In this document: piece after piece, positions 1 through 12,300 of the stretch
Layout: every line of letters starts with the position of its first letter
How positions within the stretch are numbered: the first letter of the stretch is position 1
Assembly (NCBI GenBank): GCA_030264375.1
Contig: JASCQW010000109.1
Coordinates: 28,896,798 to 28,960,797 of the forward strand
Source of the DNA: Carcharhinus longimanus
Taxonomy: Eukaryota
DNA length: 64,000 nt
Reading direction: 5' to 3'
Made by a program: the position numbers and the translations under genes
The notes under the pieces: generated by a model
Seen by the model: only the letters and a program-made list of their open reading frames with translations
Told to the model about the DNA's origin: nothing
Database searches by the model: none

Positions 1-190
1 CCAAGGTCCTTCTGCTCCTCTACACTGCTAAGAGTCCTACCCTTGATATTGTACTCCTTCATCCCATTGGACCTGCCAGAATGGACCACTACACATTTAT
101 CTGTGTTGAAGTCCATCTGCCACTTTTCCGCCCAGTTGTGCATCCTATCTATGTCTCGCTGCAACTTCTGACATCCCTCCAGACTGTGCA
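1..190 (-). mobile_element. CR1-type LINE RT fragment
   Basis: Reverse strand resembles the CR1 ORF2 LQRDIDR..WAEKWQMDFN..KC.VVH region. Confidence 0.7.
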
Positions 191-574
191 CAATTTGTCA
201 CATTCTTTGCATTTTCTACCTTTGCATGTTGCATTTTTACATTATCAGCCTTTGAAGTGAGCAGTAGACCATTTTCTCACACAGCAAAAGTGAATTGAAC
301 TTTCCAGCCAATAGTGCTGTAAGTATGAGGGGGTATATACAACTTGTCCCATAAGGGCAATCTGCAAATGGCAAAACATTTAAGAATGGCACTTATATAT
401 TCTTGGAAGAGAACTAGCTATTCTTATTGAAAATGGCTGACATTTAATTTAATCTCATTTTACCTCCTCCAGAACATTTCACTTTTCAAAATAGATCCCA
501 ATCTATTTCTCACCTGGTACCCTTTTTTATTTTGAATTCTAGCCTGTTGACATTTTTTTGAACATGCTGCCCTT

Positions 575-746
575 TCACCCATGTTAGGTGGATTGTCCAT
601 GTTAAATTGCCCCTTAGTGTCTGAAGATGTGTAGGTTAGGGAATTAACGTGGTAAAAACATGGGGTTATGGGGGGGTTAGGCCTTGGGTAAGATGCTCTG
701 CCTGAGAGTCAGTGCAGTCTCCTTCTGCACAGTAGGTATTCTATGA
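575..746 (+). mobile_element. HE1-type V-SINE, 3' part
   Basis: gttaggtggattg..catgttaaattgccccttagtgt core and ttctatga tail shared with the full copies in this window. Confidence 0.75.
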
Positions 747-1384
747 AAAGTATTTTAACAACAGAACTTTTAAGAATTTCAGCTACTTCCTTAACCAAAT
801 ATTCATCAATTATTGATTTGAAGAAGTTAAATGTTAAATGCTTCTGGAAGTCAATTCCATCAAATATCTACTACTCTGGAAATGAAATTCTTCTAATCTC
901 AATTGAAACTAATAAATTATGTATATATACTATGTAATTGCAGCTTTCTAATAAAAACTGTTTTCACGGATATTATCCAGCCTACTGCATTACAAGCTTA
1001 AATTTCTTACAATGTTATTAATACTGTCATGGTTTGTGTTGCCACAGCAACATGTTATCAAGTGGAAATTCACACGGTCATGTTAATTTTTTCAGTAAGT
1101 CAATTCTCTCCATGCTCAGAAATAACAACAGTGTTGAATAAATTTCTTCTCTTAAGCAATTTATCTTAATTTCTTCAAACATACTTTTTGCATCGGATAT
1201 TGATGTCTATTTGCTGTACTAATGCCAAGTTATAAGACAAATATATCTGCAATTCCCACAATCTGTAGTATTTGTGGACAAGATAAATTTTCATATTTTG
1301 GAAGAAAAATGCCACATAAATTTAAAATCAATTATAAATATATTGATAACTTGGAAAATGATTTTACCTTGTTAGTTCTCTGGA

Positions 1385-1752
1385 TGTGACGAACGTGATG
1401 GAAAGGGATAGGTATATACCGAAGGGCAGAAGTTTTAGCTGGGGGGAAGGAAATTATGAGGCGATTAGGCAAGATTTAGGATACATAGGTTGGAGTAGAA
1501 AACTGCAGGGNNNNNNNNNNNNNNNNNNNNNNNNNNNNNNNNNNNNNNNNNNNNNNNNNNNNNNNNNNNNNNNNNNNNNNNNNNNNNNNNNNNNNNNNNN
1601 NNNNNNNNNNTCAAATGGTCATTGGATAGGCATATGGATAACATTGGAATAGTTTAGGTTAGAGGGTCATTAGATTCGTTCCACTGGTTGGCGTAACATC
1701 GAGGGCCGGAGGGCCTGTACTGTGCTGTAATGTTCTATGTTTTATTTCTATG
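1385..1752 (+). mobile_element. CR1 LINE (body hidden in gap)
   Basis: W..GNYEAIRQDLG motif before the gap; gggccggagggcctgtactgtgctg and TTCTATG tail after it. Confidence 0.75.
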
Positions 1753-3957
1753 AAGGTGTATCATTGTACCTCCTCTGTTGTCCTGAGAAGTTGGTGGTCA
1801 GTTTTCTTCCTAAATTGCTGCTGATGATGCTTCAAAACAATATGAGGTAGGGGCAGTGATTTCTAAACACCTTTCATTGAAGGATTCCATTACAAATAAA
1901 GGTGTAGCCATGGAATCTCAACTGAATTATATAATGCCTGTAAATGAAAATGCTACATGTAAAGAACGTATTAATACTGTTTTTAAGTAAACTATTTCCT
2001 TTCAAATATTTTCTTCCAGATTCCTGACCTTAAATATTCATCTTAGTGCTGTTCTTAATACTGCTCCATGCCACCTTCCCCTCCTAGGTGAATTAACTTA
2101 TTCTATGCTGCACATGCCAGGGTCAAATTCTACTCCTGGTTTGCACAAAGTCTGCCTCCTGCTGCCCATGTAAGCACATTTTTATATTTTTCCTGGAGTG
2201 TCTCTGTTGGTACCCGGGCATCCAAGGACCCCAGTTCGAGAAGTACTGCGGTAGATAATTCTATGATTTTGACCAGCAACAAAGAATGAACACTTGCAAA
2301 CCCATAACCTGGAGATGATGCTTTTCACATGAGCTGGTCAAAGATGTGTAGGTTAGCTGCATGTATCTCACTCAGTGCCACTCAGGTGGCTGTCACATTA
2401 ATATAGTTTAAGGCCCCGTTGTTTACCTATGACTCAACATGATTTTAATGGCCTATTGACCAGATTGATTGATATGGTTGCACTGACCAGAGATACCTGG
2501 CATTCAACTGTGGTCTAAAAGGCAAGTTCTCTTTTCTTGCTGGGACCATGAGGAATCGTCCTGGGCCTTTGCTACATAGTGCTCTCACTCATGGAAATCT
2601 GTCAAACCTTCCCCAATCCCTCCCCATCTCCGTGATCCATGATTTACTAAAGTGCCAGAAGGGATCCTCTGAACCAGATGAACTTCACCTGTTGGCAATC
2701 ATCTGTCTGCCTTTGTATACACATTTCAGGCAAGTAGCTTTTTGGCACAATGTTAATGAGGTGTGGCTGCTATAATTAGTTGGTCCTCTTACAGAAACAC
2801 TCAGGTACCAAATATCATGGCTAGCCTTGGTTCTCTAGCCTATCATTAAAACTTGTGCTGCAATCTCAAGTACCAGGACACTGCCACATAACAGAAGCCT
2901 CTTCCTCATCTACAAAGTTATACGAGTATGATGAAAGGCCTTTTTTCACCGTGGGAGAAAGAATTTTATATAATGCCTTTTGTGACTTCAAGATATCCCA
3001 AGACATCAAATTACTTTTGAATTGCACTGTTGTAACACACACATTAGTCAAAATTTTCAATCTTGTGGCACATCCTCAGTTAATATTTTCCCTCACCCTT
3101 CAGTTCAAATAATATTTGATCTTTAAGCCTCTGAACTGCAACTGATAACAATGGTTAAAAAAAAGGCAACTGGGATCTTGGTGAAAGGCTGTTGTCCCAG
3201 TCAATCTCCTTAACCAAAGAAACTTCAGGATTAAAGACAGGAATGATGAAGAAGGAAATAGGGAGATTTAACATCAATTCAGATGCAGAAAGAGATATAA
3301 AGAGAGGGAAAAGATTAGATTAAGAGCAGGAGGGGAAAATAAAACATAAGAGAACATTTTCTTTTAAATTCGAACTTCACAAAGATCTCTACCATCAATT
3401 TACCCTTTGTAGGAATACAATTCTACAGCTTAAATTGTTCCAACTCTGGACTTCAGAGACATGGCACTGCAGGTACATAAATGAATTAAAATGTATAACA
3501 ATTGGTAATTAATGAGATTTCAAGAAACTCACCGGGCCCAAGATATCAGTTTCACAAGGCTAACTGCAGAGAAATCATAAACTATCCAACAACATGTGGC
3601 AGTTTGCAATGCATGGGGCACCTCTTCCTCATTGCAATTTGCTAGGCAATTTACACGTTATCACTGACAAGCGCCATTGACCTTACAGATCCTTTCACAG
3701 CAAAATCTAAGCTGATGTAACAAAAAATCAAAGACATTAGCAACACAGAAGCAAATCATTTGTGACTGTACCAGTTTTTTCCTTGACTAATTCAAAACTA
3801 ATGGCACTAATTTAATATAAAACTAATCCCAATAGCCTGCTCTCCCCACAGCTTCAGATCTGCCACCACTTCAAGCAGCTCAGGGCATTCAGTATGGTAT
3901 TCAGTGTGACAGAAGTCTATAGTGCTGTGTTACTTTTGCTTGTTTTTTCACAGTTCA

Positions 3958-4240
3958 GGACGGCATGGTGGTACAGTGATTAGCACTGCTGTCTCATAGC
4001 ACCCAGGGCTTGCATTCGATTCCCAACTTGGGTCACTGTCTGAGCAGAGTTTGCACGTTATCTGCATGTGTTTCCTCTGAGTACTCCAGTTTCCTCCGAA
4101 AGATGTACTGGTTAAGTGCATACTAAATTCTCCCTCAGTGTACCTGAACAGGCACCAGAGTATAGTGATGAGGGGATTTTCACAGTGACTTCATTGCAGT
4201 GTTAATGTAAGCCTACTTGTAACGCTAATAAATAAACTTT
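3958..4240 (+). mobile_element. V-SINE, alternative-tail subtype
   Basis: tRNA-like head and V-domain; tail ttcattgcagtgttaatgtaagcctacttgtaacgctaataaataaac. Confidence 0.8.
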
Positions 4241-4777
4241 ACTCTCCCACAAAACTGACCACCTACCCCATTATAAATTAATAACTGAGAGTTTCTCCTA
4301 CTTGTGCTCATGAACTTTGCAGAGGCTCCAAAAATTAAGTTGGATCTTCTGGGTGCAAGAACATTAATAGGTGTGCTCAAAAGGTTTTGATTTTTATTTA
4401 ATTTGCTGAGAAACTCACTAATGTAACCCAATTAAACTTAAGTTATTTTCTGTGATTTAAAATTTGGTTGCTTATGAGTGGTGAATTCACACAGTGATTT
4501 AAAAGCAGACTTCCTTTTCTGATTTAACTATCACCAACAATTCATCTACAGCAGGTAGTATTTGTAAGCAGCACTTTTATGTTGAACCAAAAGTTTGCAG
4601 TTGAATGGCTTAAAATGGATACTTGTAAAACCTGGCAAAAATGTTGATCAATCCATATAAGATCATTTTCACAATTATTTTTAGATACTTTTCAGGTCTT
4701 TCAAAGAAGTAGGATACTTATATGCCTTTTAGTTAAATGCATCATAACTGAGGATGGCATATACTCAGCAAAAAACC

Positions 4778-5134
4778 ATTCATAAAATTGCTACAATGCG
4801 GAAAGAGGCCATTCAGCCCATCAAGTCTGCACCGACTGTCTGACAGAGTATCTTACACAGACCACTCTCCCCATCCCTGTAACTCCATGTATTTACCCCG
4901 CTAATCCAACTAACATACACGTCTTGGGACACTAAGGAGCAATTTAGCCTCTTAGATGGCAAATCAACCTACCCTGCACATGTTTGGACTGTGGGAGGAA
5001 ACTGGAGCATCTGGAGGAAACCCATGCAGATACAGGGAGAATGTGCAAACTCCACACAGACAGTACTCAAGGCCAGAATTGAACCTGGGTCCTTGACACT
5101 TTGAGGCAGCACTGCTAACCGCTGTGTTACTGTG
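4778..5134 (-). mobile_element. HE1-type V-SINE
   Basis: Reverse complement of head, V-domain (ggactgtgggaggaaactggagca) and CR1-like tail. Confidence 0.85.
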
Positions 5135-5664
5135 TCAAGCACATTCAATAAGGATCAAAGGAAAATATAGCTTTCGCAGTAAAAAAATTGTCTTTTCAAT
5201 TATCTCTTCTCAACCAAGAGCCTCATATACCTAAGGGAATAAAAAAAAGGAGTGCCTTCTTGCAAATATTTAGCAGCTACTTTTGGAAATAATTTGTTGC
5301 AGGCAATTTCACTGTTTGCATCAATGAGTATGTTCATTACTGTTTCTGATGTTCATAGGAAAATTGAACAAACTGAATGGTATTTCCAAACTATTATTCA
5401 AGACATGCAAGTCAATTAAGACCAACGTAACTCTTTTTTTTAACCCAGGCCATAGAATCCCTTATCGTCCCTAGTCTTACCTTCCATCTATAAACTACTG
5501 ATTTTGAAATGTGAGTTTGCTTTTAGCTGAACATATTGATTTTGAGCCCATCTTTTCTCTTACATTTGCTGGCAGAGGGATTGTTGGTATTGTGGGCTGT
5601 GGCTTTTAGTTTTCCCAATTGAAATACAAAAGACAGTGTAACTTAAGGGTATTAAATGGTTAAA

Positions 5665-6150
5665 AGCATGCATTTATATATATTACCTCATACAAAGACA
5701 CTTCGCAAGAATGTAACCAAGCAAAATTTTACACTGCGCCACACAGGAGATATTAAGGTAGGTAAGTTTTCAGAAGTATCTTCAAGGAAGAGAGGTAGAG
5801 ATCCAAGAGGTTGAGGGGCAGTATTACAGAGGGCCTATGCAACTGAAAACATGGCTGCCAATGGCAGAGCAATTAAAATCAGGAATGTATAACAGGCCAG
5901 AATTTGGGGGAATGCAGCAATCTCAGTGAATGGCAGAGAGGAGATAATTAAGAGTGAGGGAAGAGTGAGGCCATGGAGAGTTTTAAAAACAAGGATGAGA
6001 GGTTTATAGTGAAATCTGTGGCAGACTAGGAAGCAATGCATATCAGTGATGGGTTATGAATCAGGATAGGGTCAATAGAGTTTTAGATGATCTCAACGTT
6101 ATGGAAGATGGAAAAGGGAAGTTTAGCCAGGGACAATGGAACAGTTAAAT
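5665..6150 (-). mobile_element. L2 LINE 3' fragment
   Basis: ORF 5835-6041 contains RFHYKPLILVFKTLHGL, resembling the L2 RI.FKILLLVFKALHGL motif. Confidence 0.7.
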
Positions 6151-6151
6151 C

Positions 6152-6772
6152 TACATACAAACATACAAATTGGGAGTAGGAGTAGACTACTAAGCCCCTT
6201 GAGCCTGCTCTGCCATTCAATAAGATCATAGATAATCTGCTTGTCATTTCAACACCACATTCCTGCCTACCAATAACCTTTCACCCTCTTGTTAATCAAA
6301 AGTCTACCAAACTCTGCCTTTAAGATTCTCTATTTGTACTGTCTTTTGAGTAAGAGAGTTCCAGAGATTCATGACCTTCTGCAAGAAATTAATTCTCTTC
6401 ATCTCCATCTTAAATGTATGACGCCTTAAACATTAGCTCCAATTCTACTTTTTCTGACAAGAGGAAACACCCATCCTGTCTATACCCCTCAGAATGTTAA
6501 AGGTTTCGATCACATCGCATCATACTCTTCTAAACTCTAGTGGATACAAATCCATTTCCGCTTAGGGGATTTTCTGGTCTCACTGCAGTGAATGGAGATT
6601 TGGCTGAGCGACAAATTCTCTGTCATCATTTGCAGCGATGGCAGGCCATCCATGGCTGGAAAGTTCCGACCAATCTCTCCAACCTTTCCTCATAAGGCAA
6701 CCAACTCATTCCTGGTATTAGTCTAGTAAACCTTCTCTGAACAGTTTCTAAGGAATTTACATATTTCCTTCG
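6152..6772 (-). mobile_element. CR1 LINE 3' end, interrupted by a ~100 bp MITE-like insert (about 6565-6670)
   Basis: gcccttgagcctgctctgccattcaataagatcat terminal motif; similar to 41180-41640. Confidence 0.75.
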
Positions 6773-6777
6773 ATAAG

Positions 6778-7125
6778 CATGCAATGGCCTAGTGATGTAA
6801 TTGCTGGATTATTAATCCAGAAACTCAGCTAATGTTCAGTGGGCCCGAGTTTGAAACCCGTCATGAATTTAAGAAATAAAAATCTGGATTAAGAATATAC
6901 TAATGATCATGAAACCATTGTTGATTGTCAGAAAATCCCATCTGGTTCACTCATATCCTTTTGGAGAAGGAAATCTGCTGTCCTTACCTGATCTGGCCTA
7001 CATATGGCTCCAGAGCCACAGCAATGTGGCTGACTTTCAACTGCCCTCTGAAATGACCTAGCAAGCGACTCAGTTCAAGGGCAACTACGGATGGGCAATA
7101 GGATGGCCATTCTTACCCCACAAAT
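6778..7125 (+). mobile_element. tRNA-derived SINE with tail shared with the LINE at the window end
   Basis: A/B-box-like head (tggcctagtg..agtttgaaaccc); ends tcaagggcaactacggatgggcaata, compared with tcaagggcaaatagggataggc at the window end. Confidence 0.65.
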
Positions 7126-7239
7126 AAATTAAAAATAAGAGACCAATACTGTACACAATATTCCAGATGTGGTTTCACCAATCTCTTGCACAACTGAAGC
7201 ATTACTTTCCTGCTTTTGTAATCAATTCCCCTCACATTA

Positions 7240-7561
7240 ATGAAATAAAAGCTTTGGAGAGCTTGCAAAGAAGGTTCACCAGGCTGTTGCCTAGTCTTGA
7301 GGATACTGGCTATGAGGAGAGGTTGAATAAACGAGATTGTTTTTACTGGAAAGATGGAGGCTGTGGGGAGACCTGAGAGAGATCGACAAAATTATGAGAG
7401 GCATTCACAGGGTGGATAATCAGAGGCTTTTGCCCAGGATGGAAGTGTCAATTACAAGAGGGCACAGGATCAAGGTGAGAGGGGGAAAGTTTAAGGGGAA
7501 TGTATGGGGAAGTTTCTCACGCAGAGTGGTGGGTGCCTGGAACATACTACCAGAGGTGGTG
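7240..7561 (+). mobile_element. CR1 LINE ORF2 3' fragment
   Basis: LESLQRRFTRLLP..GYEERL, RL.GDL.EI.KIMRG and TRGH motifs across frameshifts. Confidence 0.85.
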
Positions 7562-9721
7562 NNNNNNNNNNNNNNNNNNNNNNNNNNNNNNNNNNNNNNN
7601 NNNNNNNNNNNNNNNNNNNNNNNNNNNNNNNNNNNNNNNNNNNNNNNNNNNNNNNNNNNNNTTAACATTTTTAGTTAACCATGGATGGCAGTTTTTTCCC
7701 TTAGGATTTTTCTTTCCCATTCTCCCACAGAGAGTGCTTATTCTCTTTATTCTGAAAAATCCCGTTAAATGACTGCTGCTGAACCTCTATTTATCTATCC
7801 CTCATGCACATTTGTCAGTTTACTTTAGCTAGCTCTGCTTTTATGCCCTCATAATTGCCCTTATTTAAGTTTAAAATACTCGTCTTGGACGCACTCTTCT
7901 CTCCCTCAAAAACCTCTCTACCTCCCCGGTAATGCAGCTTGCTAGAACATCAACCCCAGGGCAGTTCAGATATAAACCATTCCAACAGAAGAAATCCCCT
8001 ATACAGGTGCCAGTTCTGCATAAACTGCGCCCATTTGTCCCACACTAGTCTTTGAGCCACACTGTAATTCCTCTAATCCTATTTGTTTCATCCCAATTTG
8101 CATGTGGCTCAAGTAGTAATCCAGAAATTATTACCTTTGAGTTTCAGCTTCTTCATTTGGTGCCTATCTTTTCATCTGACTATGCAGAACCTCCTTCCTT
8201 GTCCAGCCTATGTCATTGGTCCCTACATGGACCATGACCTCAGGATTCTCTCCCTCTCACTGCAAGTTCCTCTCCAGCCCAGAAAGGTAAAAAGAATTAA
8301 TGGCTAGTGAGTATTAACAATCAATGAAAATACAAAAACAAATATTCTTTGCAAGTTCATCTCTACAATCGAAAATACACAAGAATACCACACACATTTT
8401 GAATTTCATGTTAAAGCAACAGTTAGTTTAGTAAGCTGTACCGCTTGGAAGATAATATCAAAACAACTGGTTCAACATTGTCAGATTGTCACACAGCCAG
8501 ATGCATTCTCTTTGTTGATTCATGCCAAGTGAACAATGGCATGCTGCAGCACTAGATAACAAACTTTATCTGGGCTATTGAAAGGTCATCAGTTCAATGG
8601 TCCTTAAAGCATTTTCCAAAGCAGTGTTATCAAGATGAACAGGGATCAAAATATTTCCACCAAAAAGAATGATTTAACAGAATATCTGATCTCCTGTTGA
8701 CCGTGGTAACATGTTGAAAACCTTTTGCTTAAGATACATTTGCTGGCGCCATTTCTAGAAGATTCTTTCTGTTATCCTTCATTTCATAATGTCACATTAA
8801 CTGCTCCGATGTCAAACTAATTTTCTCATGAATTCACTGTGTTTAAGATTTATTATTTTGAAAGTTAAGGGCTTGAAATTGAATTATATAGAGAGATCAG
8901 TGGACCAATGATTTGTGCACTTTTTAAATGGCTATCCTATTTATTTGAAACAAAATAACCTTGCAGTTAGAGGAGTAAAGGAATCGCAGATGAGGATATT
9001 GTTTATTGTACCCTTTGCACAATAAAGATGGTCTAACCTTTTGCTTGAACTAGACGATATTCGATTTGTTTCACTAGTGATGTCAGATTGTTTTTATTTG
9101 CCAGAACATATTTAACGTACAGTCATTTCTCAACAGTTCGTTCATAAGGCAATCCATTGTGAAGTGAAACATCTGAAAGCATCAGTTAGATTCAAGAGAA
9201 TGTCATTGTCAGACACAAGAGAAAAGATGTTTGTATTTTGATTTGCTTTCCAACATTGATGTTGAGTTACCTGTTAACCACTATGTCGGCAGTGAACAGA
9301 TCTGCTCCATGCCTGGATTTAATATAGACCTTGATTTCCAATTTGAGATCTGAAGTCATTAGTTTTTTATATAATTAATATTTTGACAAGTATATTATTG
9401 CAATGGATTACTATACCTTTTTTTACGGATAGCAATCATTTACTTTTCTGCCACTGACTTCTGGATATTACTAAATAAAAGTAGACTTATTTTTGCATAG
9501 CCAGTAGATCCTGGACTTGAACAAAGCACTTGGGAGTTGCAGGGCTTGGTAAAACTATTGCAGTCCAGTTGGTCAGAGTTGGTTTTATTTCTGCAGCTAA
9601 CTGCTTCAGCCAAAAATGTTACAGCTTTATTCACTGCACATATTCCCAATTAATACCTTTTCCCCGGATGCTTTTGCACAATCAGGTGCTTCCGTAGCAC
9701 CAATAAGTTCCAATTCATGAG

Positions 9722-10021
9722 TGGCAGGTGGCACAGTGGTTAACAGCGCCAGAGACCTGGGTTTAATTCCGGCCTTGGGTGACTGTGTGTGTGGAGTTTG
9801 CATTTTCTCCCTGTGTTTGCATCGGTTTCCTCTGGGTGCTCCAGTTTCCTCCCACACTCCAAAGATGTACAGGTTATGTTGATTGGCCTTGTTAAATTAC
9901 CACTTAGTGTTAAGGGGACTAGTCAGTTAAATATGAAGGATTACGGGACTAGGGTGGGATTGTTGTTGGTGCAGGCTCGATGGGCCAAATGGCCTCCTTT
10001 TGTATTGTAGGGATTCTATGA
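9722..10021 (+). mobile_element. HE1-type V-SINE
   Basis: Head, V-domain and gggccaaatggcctcct..attctatg tail. Confidence 0.85.
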
Positions 10022-11054
10022 ACTGCTCTGAAGTCATCCTTTTGGTGTTGTTATTTTAATTATTTCGCTCCTACTTTTTCTCCATGATTGCTGAAAATAA
10101 CAAGTTAAGCATAAGTATGATTCTATAGATAGTTTTTCTGTGCTTTTCCCAAGTTCCAGTCTCTGTGTGTGAGTCCACATTGAGTATTGCCCAATAGGAT
10201 TTTGATGCTTACCAAACTTGTGACCACATTCACTGCATGATATAAAAAATATGCAGTCTTGATAAAGCAAATTACAATCTTTGAAAACAGGTTTGACATT
10301 TTAAACCATCAGCAATCAAGACTAATACACTCACAGCTAGATCTAGAACAGCCTTACTGGATTTTGTAGTCTAACTATTCCACAAAGCAGATGCACTCTG
10401 AAAGGGTGGTAACTACTGCTTCACTGAAGTTTCTGTTTCTGACTGTGCTCCAGTTTATTTTTTCAAGAGTAAATTTGATCAGAATTAATATGATAGGACT
10501 TGGAAAGGGAAAAGTATCATCACATCTCTGCATATTGACTTGTGCATTCTACCTCTTACCTTGATTATGTCTTTATGCCTGTCATTTCCAAACATAGCAT
10601 CTAGACATTTAAAAAACCTTTAGCATGTGGCCAACCTCCCTGTAATATTTCTCTGTTGCCCTATTCATCTCAATTACTGATTTCAACAGATGACTTGAGA
10701 TAAGGCAGAACACTTTTGGATGTTGTTGCCCTGTCCCTGCTTGCCAAAATTAGAGACTCCCTTATTGGCAGCCATGCATCACTCATACCAAAGCACCAAC
10801 CACCAGCTAAACAAAATTTAGTCTTTTTCTATGTCACTATTTTCCTCATGATCACGTTGAGAGCCTTCAGACAGTTGTCCTTCCGAAGGTCAGTCCTGTT
10901 TTCACATCACTTCACATAGCATTATTCAGTGTGGCCCAGAGAAGAGGTAACCAGTGGCGGACTACTTTTCTCGTTTCATTTAGCGAGTAACCCTTCAACT
11001 TCCAAGGCACCAGAAATTTAACAACTGAACTATATTTTAATAAATAAAGACATG

Positions 11055-11360
11055 AGGCCCAATTTTACTAACAAGTTATGCCCATTTTCGGGTGTGAAAA
11101 CTTGGTAAAGTCAGGCGTGAGGCGAGTAGCACGATTCACAACCACCTCCGTGCCCATTCCCCCTTTACCAAGCGGCTAAATTGGCCACACATGGCACCAT
11201 GCCCGAAATAGGTGTGACATCAATTTAAATGCATGTATTTAATTTGACTTAATGGGCTGAACGCCCAAACTCACCTGCATTTCCCCCTTTACCACGGCGT
11301 TCGCCCCTCCAGATTTAATGTGAAACAGACATAATCTGCAAAAATCTGTTTCGGGCCCTC
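11055..11360. mobile_element. MITE-like / non-autonomous DNA transposon end
   Basis: CpG-retaining block with nested short inverted repeats (ttttactaacaagtt..aacttggtaaa). Confidence 0.4.
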
Positions 11361-11361
11361 C

Positions 11362-12300
11362 AGTAAGAGTATTGATAGGCAAAGGGATCTTGGTGTACAG
11401 GTACACAGGTCATTGAAAGTGGCAATGCAGGTGGAGAAGGTAGTCAAGAAGGCATATGGCATGTTTGCCTTCAACAGCTGAGGTATTGAGTTTAAAAATT
11501 GGCAAGTCNNNNNNNNNNNNNNNNNNNNNNNNNNNNNNNNNNNNNNNNNNNNNNNNNNNNNNNNNNNNNNNNNNNNNNNNNNNNNNNNNNNNNNNNNNNN
11601 NNNNNNNNCAGGTCATTGAAAGTGGCAATGCAGGTGGAGAAGGTAGTCAAGAAGGCACATGGCATGTTTGCCTTCAACAGCTGAGGTATTGAGTTTAAAA
11701 ATTGGCAAGTCATGTTGCAGCTTTATAGAACCTTAGTTAGGTGCTCTTGGAATATAGTGTTCAATTCTGGTCGCCACACTACCAGAAGGATGTGGAGGCT
11801 TTGGAGTGGGTACAGTAAAGATTTACCAGGACATTGCCTGGTATGGAGGGCATTAGATATAGGGAAAGATGGAAAAACTTGGTTTGTTCTCACTGGAGCT
11901 ACGGAGGCTGAGGGGAGACCTGATAGAAGTCTATAAGATTATGAGTGGCATGGACAGAGTGGATAGTCAGAAGCTTTTCCCAGGGTGGAAGAGTCAATTG
12001 CTAGGGGCATAGGTTTAAGCTGTGAGGAGCAAGGTTTAAAGGAGGTATATGAGGCAGATTTTGTACACAGAGAGTGGTGGGTGCATGGAGCTTGTTAGCG
12101 GGGGAGGTAGTTCAAGATGAATCAGTAGTGACTTTTAAGGGGTGTCTTGACAAGTACGTGAATAGGATGGGAATAGAGAGATATGGTCCCCAGAAGGGTA
12201 GGGGGTTTGAGTTAAGTCAGGCAGTATGATCGCTGCAAGCTTGGAGGGCCAAACGGCCTATCCATGCGCTGTAATTTTCTTTGTTCTTGTTCTTTGTTCT
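11362..12300 (+). mobile_element. CR1 LINE 3' portion
   Basis: SLKVAMQVEKVVKKA.GM.AF and MLQLYRTLVR motifs; TTCTTTG-type tail. Confidence 0.9.

Noticed and set aside
3958-4035. tRNA-like sequences at SINE heads
   Set aside because: Degenerate A/B-box heads followed by SINE bodies; no intact cloverleaf seen.
9440-9649. Cys-containing 69-aa ORF as a possible exon
   Set aside because: Non-ATG start and no recognisable homology or splice support. No exons of expected neighbours (sh3tc2, htr4) were recognised, though short exons could be missed by eye.
11407-11711. Apparent tandem duplications either side of 100-N gaps (also 12268-12446, 29735-29864, 44968-45123, 52310-52444)
   Set aside because: Identical or one-SNP flanks around fixed-size gaps indicate unmerged contig overlaps, not biology.
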